From Clostridia bacterium (GTDB lineage Bacteria; Bacillota; Clostridia; UMGS1840), in the NCBI GenBank assembly GCA_045638525.1, contig JAZUBQ010000019.1, positions 8,418 to 72,417 of the forward strand: a stretch of 64,000 nucleotides of DNA, given 5' to 3'. How positions within the stretch are numbered: the first letter of the stretch is position 1; each line of letters starts with the position of its first letter. Both the position numbers and the translations under genes were made by a program. The notes beneath the pieces are model-generated. The model had not been told where the DNA came from, made no database searches, and saw only the letters and a list, made by a program, of their open reading frames with translations. Below, piece after piece: positions 60,353 to 64,000 of the stretch.

Positions 60353-61063
60353 TTATTTTTGAAAATTAGGATACAATCCGGATTCGGACATTGGCTCTCC
60401 ACCAAAATACAAATGAGAAATATCTCCCACTCCCGTTGCACGAAAATGAGAACCACCTTCCCCATCTGTTTCGGTTACCAAGGTTGTCACAGAGGTAGGT
60501 GACAAAAAGAAGCTGTTTTGCGCAACCACAGGCGGAATCCCCAAAAGATACCCCATCACAAGACTTCCCAAGCCAAAGTGACAGAACAAGGCAATGGATT
60601 TATCTTCTCCACCACGGTATACCATTCCGTCACGGTTCCAACCGTAGCGGGATAAAAGCTCGTCAATCCCCTCTGTCACCTCAGGATATGCGTTCGGTGC
60701 GGTACTGTCTGCCATCCAGGAAACCTCTTTCCATTGGTCTAAGGTATAAAACTTCATTTCATTACACCACAATGACGGCGGAATGTCCCAGGCAACCCGT
60801 GTGGTTCCGGGAACCGCACCGGTTCGTCTGCCTTCAAATTCCCGAAGCCAGGGTAAAATTTCAAAGGTTTTCCCCGTTTTCTCAATGGTGGGTTTTAAGG
60901 TATCCTTTGCTCTACCCAAGGGAGAACAATAATAATCGTCAATGGGAATCTGTTTCATTCGTTCCGATAATAATTCTGCCTCACGCCAACCTTTTTCGGT
61001 TAAGGAATCAATGGAATAATCGGGATCCCCGTGACGAATAATATAAATTTTCACAAAATACAC
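60353..61063 (-). CDS. Histidine phosphatase superfamily protein
   Basis: IIRHGDP, LT.KG..EA, SPL.RA..T, LRE, FCHFG. Confidence 0.9.
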   Translation of the reverse strand: MYFVKIYIIRHGDPDYSIDSLTEKGWREAELLSERMKQIPIDDYYCSPLGRAKDTLKPTIEKTGKTFEILPWLREFEGRRTGAVPGTTRVAWDIPPSLWCNEMKFYTLDQWKEVSWMADSTAPNAYPEVTEGIDELLSRYGWNRDGMVYRGGEDKSIALFCHFGLGSLVMGYLLGIPPVVAQNSFFLSPTSVTTLVTETDGEGGSHFRATGVGDISHLYFGGEPMSESGLYPNFQK

Positions 61064-61325
61064 TCCTTTAATTTATTGTAAAAAACATCGTTTCTTTTAG
61101 ATATAAAAAACATCATAAGTGACCGATGAAATCCTGTAGGGTGCAGCGTTTACGATGCACCGTTGTATCAATGACAAAACCTGTCATTTCCTACAAATAC
61201 CTATGCGGTCAAATATTAAAAATCTTACTGTTATCCAAGGCTTGACAATCCGACGAGGCTTTTCTTTCGAGAATATTCGACATATCCATATTGCGGCACA
61301 TAAGGTTTAGATGCAAACCTTTTTG

Positions 61326-61518
61326 TCGATATGCAAACTTCGTTTGCTCGATATTTTTGTTATCACAAAATCGATATGTTTTTCACTTTGCTCAAAACTC
61401 GATATGATATGAATTCTCGTTGCCGCAAGGCAACATATCGAGCCGTCAGGCATATCGAGTGCAAGACACATATCGAGAATTCGTCAGAATTCATATCGAT
61501 GCGTTGCTATGCAACGCA
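61326..61518. repeat. TCGATAT x4 / ATATCGA x4 hairpin array
   Basis: Four TCGATAT followed by four ATATCGA heptamers, separated by distinct short palindromes. Confidence 0.85.
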
Positions 61519-61549
61519 ATAATTCGTGTCAAGTCAGGCTTAAAACATA

Positions 61550-61978
61550 CTATTTCCAGTTGATAAAGACCAAGCCTACAAGGCAAATCAAAACACCGAG
61601 GATTTTATTCCAGCTTAAGGCTTCGTGATACAATAACAATCCCACAAAAATCAAGGCAACTGCCAAAAATGCACTTTGCACCACCGAAGCGGTACTCACC
61701 TGCCAACCTGCTTTATAGGCGTGGATAAAGCCAACCTCAAGTCCCACAATCGCCAAACCGAGCACATAAGGCGCCCAATTCATTTTGGTAATTTCTTTTA
61801 CGAAATTCCCTTGACTATCCATCAAAAAGAACATAAGAGCAGAACATACGGCTCCAACCAAATACGTCACGGTTACCGAAGCGAAAGGATTCACATTGTG
61901 GGGAACGCTTTTTGCACAAATCTGATATACCACATTTGAAAATACAACCAAAGAAATCGGCCAGATATAATGAAACAT
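61550..61978 (-). CDS. EamA/DMT family small transporter
   Basis: Five TMs; YQICAK, GLEVGF..AYKAGW, E.LSW.KILG. Confidence 0.85.
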   Translation of the reverse strand: MFHYIWPISLVVFSNVVYQICAKSVPHNVNPFASVTVTYLVGAVCSALMFFLMDSQGNFVKEITKMNWAPYVLGLAIVGLEVGFIHAYKAGWQVSTASVVQSAFLAVALIFVGLLLYHEALSWNKILGVLICLVGLVFINWK

Positions 61979-62060
61979 TTGAGCGTCCCCCTTCCCAATA
62001 CTAAATTATGAAATGATAGAAACTATTCAGAGAATTAAAAGTATGAAAAAAATGAAAAAA

Positions 62061-64000
62061 TTAGATTTTTTCAAAAATCATCATTTTGCTTGCAAAGTCG
62101 CCACGGGTCACAACTGGGATTCCAAGATTGCAAAGCAGAGCACCACTGTATTCTTTGCCGGTATTTACATCACGATAAATAGCATTTTCATCCAGTCCTG
62201 CAAAATACAGACGGTCAGCATCTCTGTCCGCTTTGGATAAAATGGAAGCATAAACCACAATCACATAGCGTTCATCTTCGCTGACAAATTCTACCGCAAA
62301 GGTATTGCCTTCAAAGGGAGACTGCAGACGGTACATGGTGCTTTCGTGCAAAATCTGTCCCCACTGTTTGTAGGTTTTGATTTGTTCTTTTACAATTTCT
62401 TTTTCTTCGTCGGTTAACGTTGCCAAATCCAATTCATAGCCGAATCTTCCTGCCATTGCAATGTTACCACGGGTTTCGATTGAAGTGGTACGCCATACCT
62501 GATGATTGGGAACAGCAGAAACGTGAGCCCCCATTGTAGTGGTGGGATATAATAAACTGGTACCATACTGAATATACATTCTTTCTACTGCATCGCTGTC
62601 ATCACTGGTCCAGATCTGCGGATAATAGTAAAGCATACCCAAGTCAAAACGACCGCCGCCACCGGAACAACCTTCAAAGAGTACATCGGGGAAGCCGGTG
62701 GTTAAGGTTTCTAAAATGTGATATAAGCCAAGCATATATCTGTGAGAAAATTCCTGCTGTTTTTCCGCGGGTAATTCCAGAGAACCTGCTTCGGTAATAT
62801 TACGATTCATATCCCATTTCATATAGGAAACAGAACCGTCTTTTAATAAGCCGGAAACTACCGAAATAATATAGTCACAAACTTCCGGACGGCTTAAATC
62901 AAGAACAAGCTGACGTCTGCCAAGACTCATTTCACGGCCTTTCACCTGGATTGCCCATTCGGGATGTGCGCGGAACAAATCGCTGTCGGGAGATACCATT
63001 TCCGGCTCTACCCAAAGACCAAACTGCATTCCCATATCTTTGATGCTCTGTGCCAGATGTTCAATCCCTAACGGTAATTTATTACGGTCAACCACCCAGT
63101 CACCCAAAGAACAGTTATCATCATTACGTTTGCCAAACCAACCGTCATCCAGCACCATCAGCTCTACGCCAAGTTCTTTTGCAGTCGTTGCAATATTGAT
63201 GATTTTTTCTTCATTAAAATTAAAATATGTTGCTTCCCAGTTGTTAATCAAAACGGGACGGGTAGCATCACGGAATTTACCTCTGCACAAACGTTTTCTG
63301 ATGACACCGTGGAAGTTTTGAGACATTGTGTTAAAGCCTTTTGCAGAATAGGTCATAATAACTTCGGGAGTCTGGAACTCTGCATTGGGTTCCAAAATCC
63401 AACGGAAGTTAAAATCGTTGATCCCCATATAAGTACGCAACACTTCTTCCGAGTTCATTTCCGTTCCTGCGGTAAAGTTTCCGCTATACACCAAGCCAAA
63501 ACCGTAAGCCTCACCACAAAATTCGGTGGTATGTTTTTTTGCAAGACAAAGGAAGGGATTGTGATGATGGCTGCTGGCACCACGTTTGGAGTCAATCTGC
63601 TGAGTACCGTGCATTACAGGTCTGCGCTCAATATGGCGTTCTCTTGCCCAGGCACCGTGCAGATGCACCAGTTCATAGTCTCCGCTGTGAATGGCATCCA
63701 TACTCATACTCATCGCACGAAGAATTTCTACGTTATCTGCACCGCCGTTATGTACTAAAACGCTTCTGGTAATGATATCACGGTCGTTATATACGCTATA
63801 CTGTAAGGTCAGGCGAAGTTTGGTAAGGGAATCTTCCAGTTCCACAAACAAAGTATCTGCCTCGGTATCGTTTTCAACATAACTTGCAGGCAATCCGGTA
63901 AGAGCCGGTTTTCCTGCCACAATGCTGTGTCCTTTGTAATACAGCTTGGTTACGGTACTGCCGTCTGTATAACGAGCATGAAATGCCGGAACTCTCATAT
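62061..64000 (-). CDS. Alpha-galactosidase GH36 (partial, 5' end beyond window)
   Basis: YSGNF, NNWEATYF, VLDDGWFG, FGLWVEPEMV, YMKWDMNR, EGCSGGGGRFD, WTSD, GYELD. Confidence 0.96.
   Translation of the reverse strand, partial: MRVPAFHARYTDGSTVTKLYYKGHSIVAGKPALTGLPASYVENDTEADTLFVELEDSLTKLRLTLQYSVYNDRDIITRSVLVHNGGADNVEILRAMSMSMDAIHSGDYELVHLHGAWARERHIERRPVMHGTQQIDSKRGASSHHHNPFLCLAKKHTTEFCGEAYGFGLVYSGNFTAGTEMNSEEVLRTYMGINDFNFRWILEPNAEFQTPEVIMTYSAKGFNTMSQNFHGVIRKRLCRGKFRDATRPVLINNWEATYFNFNEEKIINIATTAKELGVELMVLDDGWFGKRNDDNCSLGDWVVDRNKLPLGIEHLAQSIKDMGMQFGLWVEPEMVSPDSDLFRAHPEWAIQVKGREMSLGRRQLVLDLSRPEVCDYIISVVSGLLKDGSVSYMKWDMNRNITEAGSLELPAEKQQEFSHRYMLGLYHILETLTTGFPDVLFEGCSGGGGRFDLGMLYYYPQIWTSDDSDAVERMYIQYGTSLLYPTTTMGAHVSAVPNHQVWRTTSIETRGNIAMAGRFGYELDLATLTDEEKEIVKEQIKTYKQWGQILHESTMYRLQSPFEGNTFAVEFVSEDERYVIVVYASILSKADRDADRLYFAGLDENAIYRDVNTGKEYSGALLCNLGIPVVTRGDFASKMMIFEKI

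Noticed and set aside
61326-61518. CRISPR array
   Set aside because: Repeats are only 7 bp and switch orientation, spacers are short palindromes, and no cas genes are present.
1-64000. tRNA, rRNA, autonomous IS or defence genes
   Set aside because: No cloverleaf or T-loop motifs, rRNA-like stretches, transposase or restriction/cas ORFs were recognised by eye.

Overview
Core chromosome segment of a low-GC (roughly 40%, judged by eye), spore-forming Clostridia-class bacterium. It holds a polar amino-acid ABC transporter, a complete spoIIIAA-AH operon, a long minus-strand housekeeping run (sua5-rimI-tsaD-ymfF-ymfH-lgt-dprA-topA-trmFO-radical SAM-alr-rmuC-pncB), spoIVFA/B, the lexA/yneA SOS pair, rplU-prp-rpmA with an L21 leader, spoIVB, valS, rpsT, PFOR (nifJ), a tandem glycine riboswitch ahead of an AGCS symporter, and GH127 and GH36 glycosidases. 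The most unusual item is an intact, solitary phage-portal-like gene (617 aa) with a small coupled ORF and its own promoter. It lies between spoIIIAH and a yaaL-like gene, with no other phage genes nearby, and may be a domesticated phage component (GTA-like or sporulation-linked). Also notable: two families of dispersed structured intergenic repeats (one duplicates a whole terminator hairpin, as some IS1182-family elements do), a 190-bp TCGATAT/ATATCGA hairpin array, and three 3'-only gene remnants (PHP hydrolase, amidohydrolase, xpt). All calls come from reading motifs by eye; no database searches were run.
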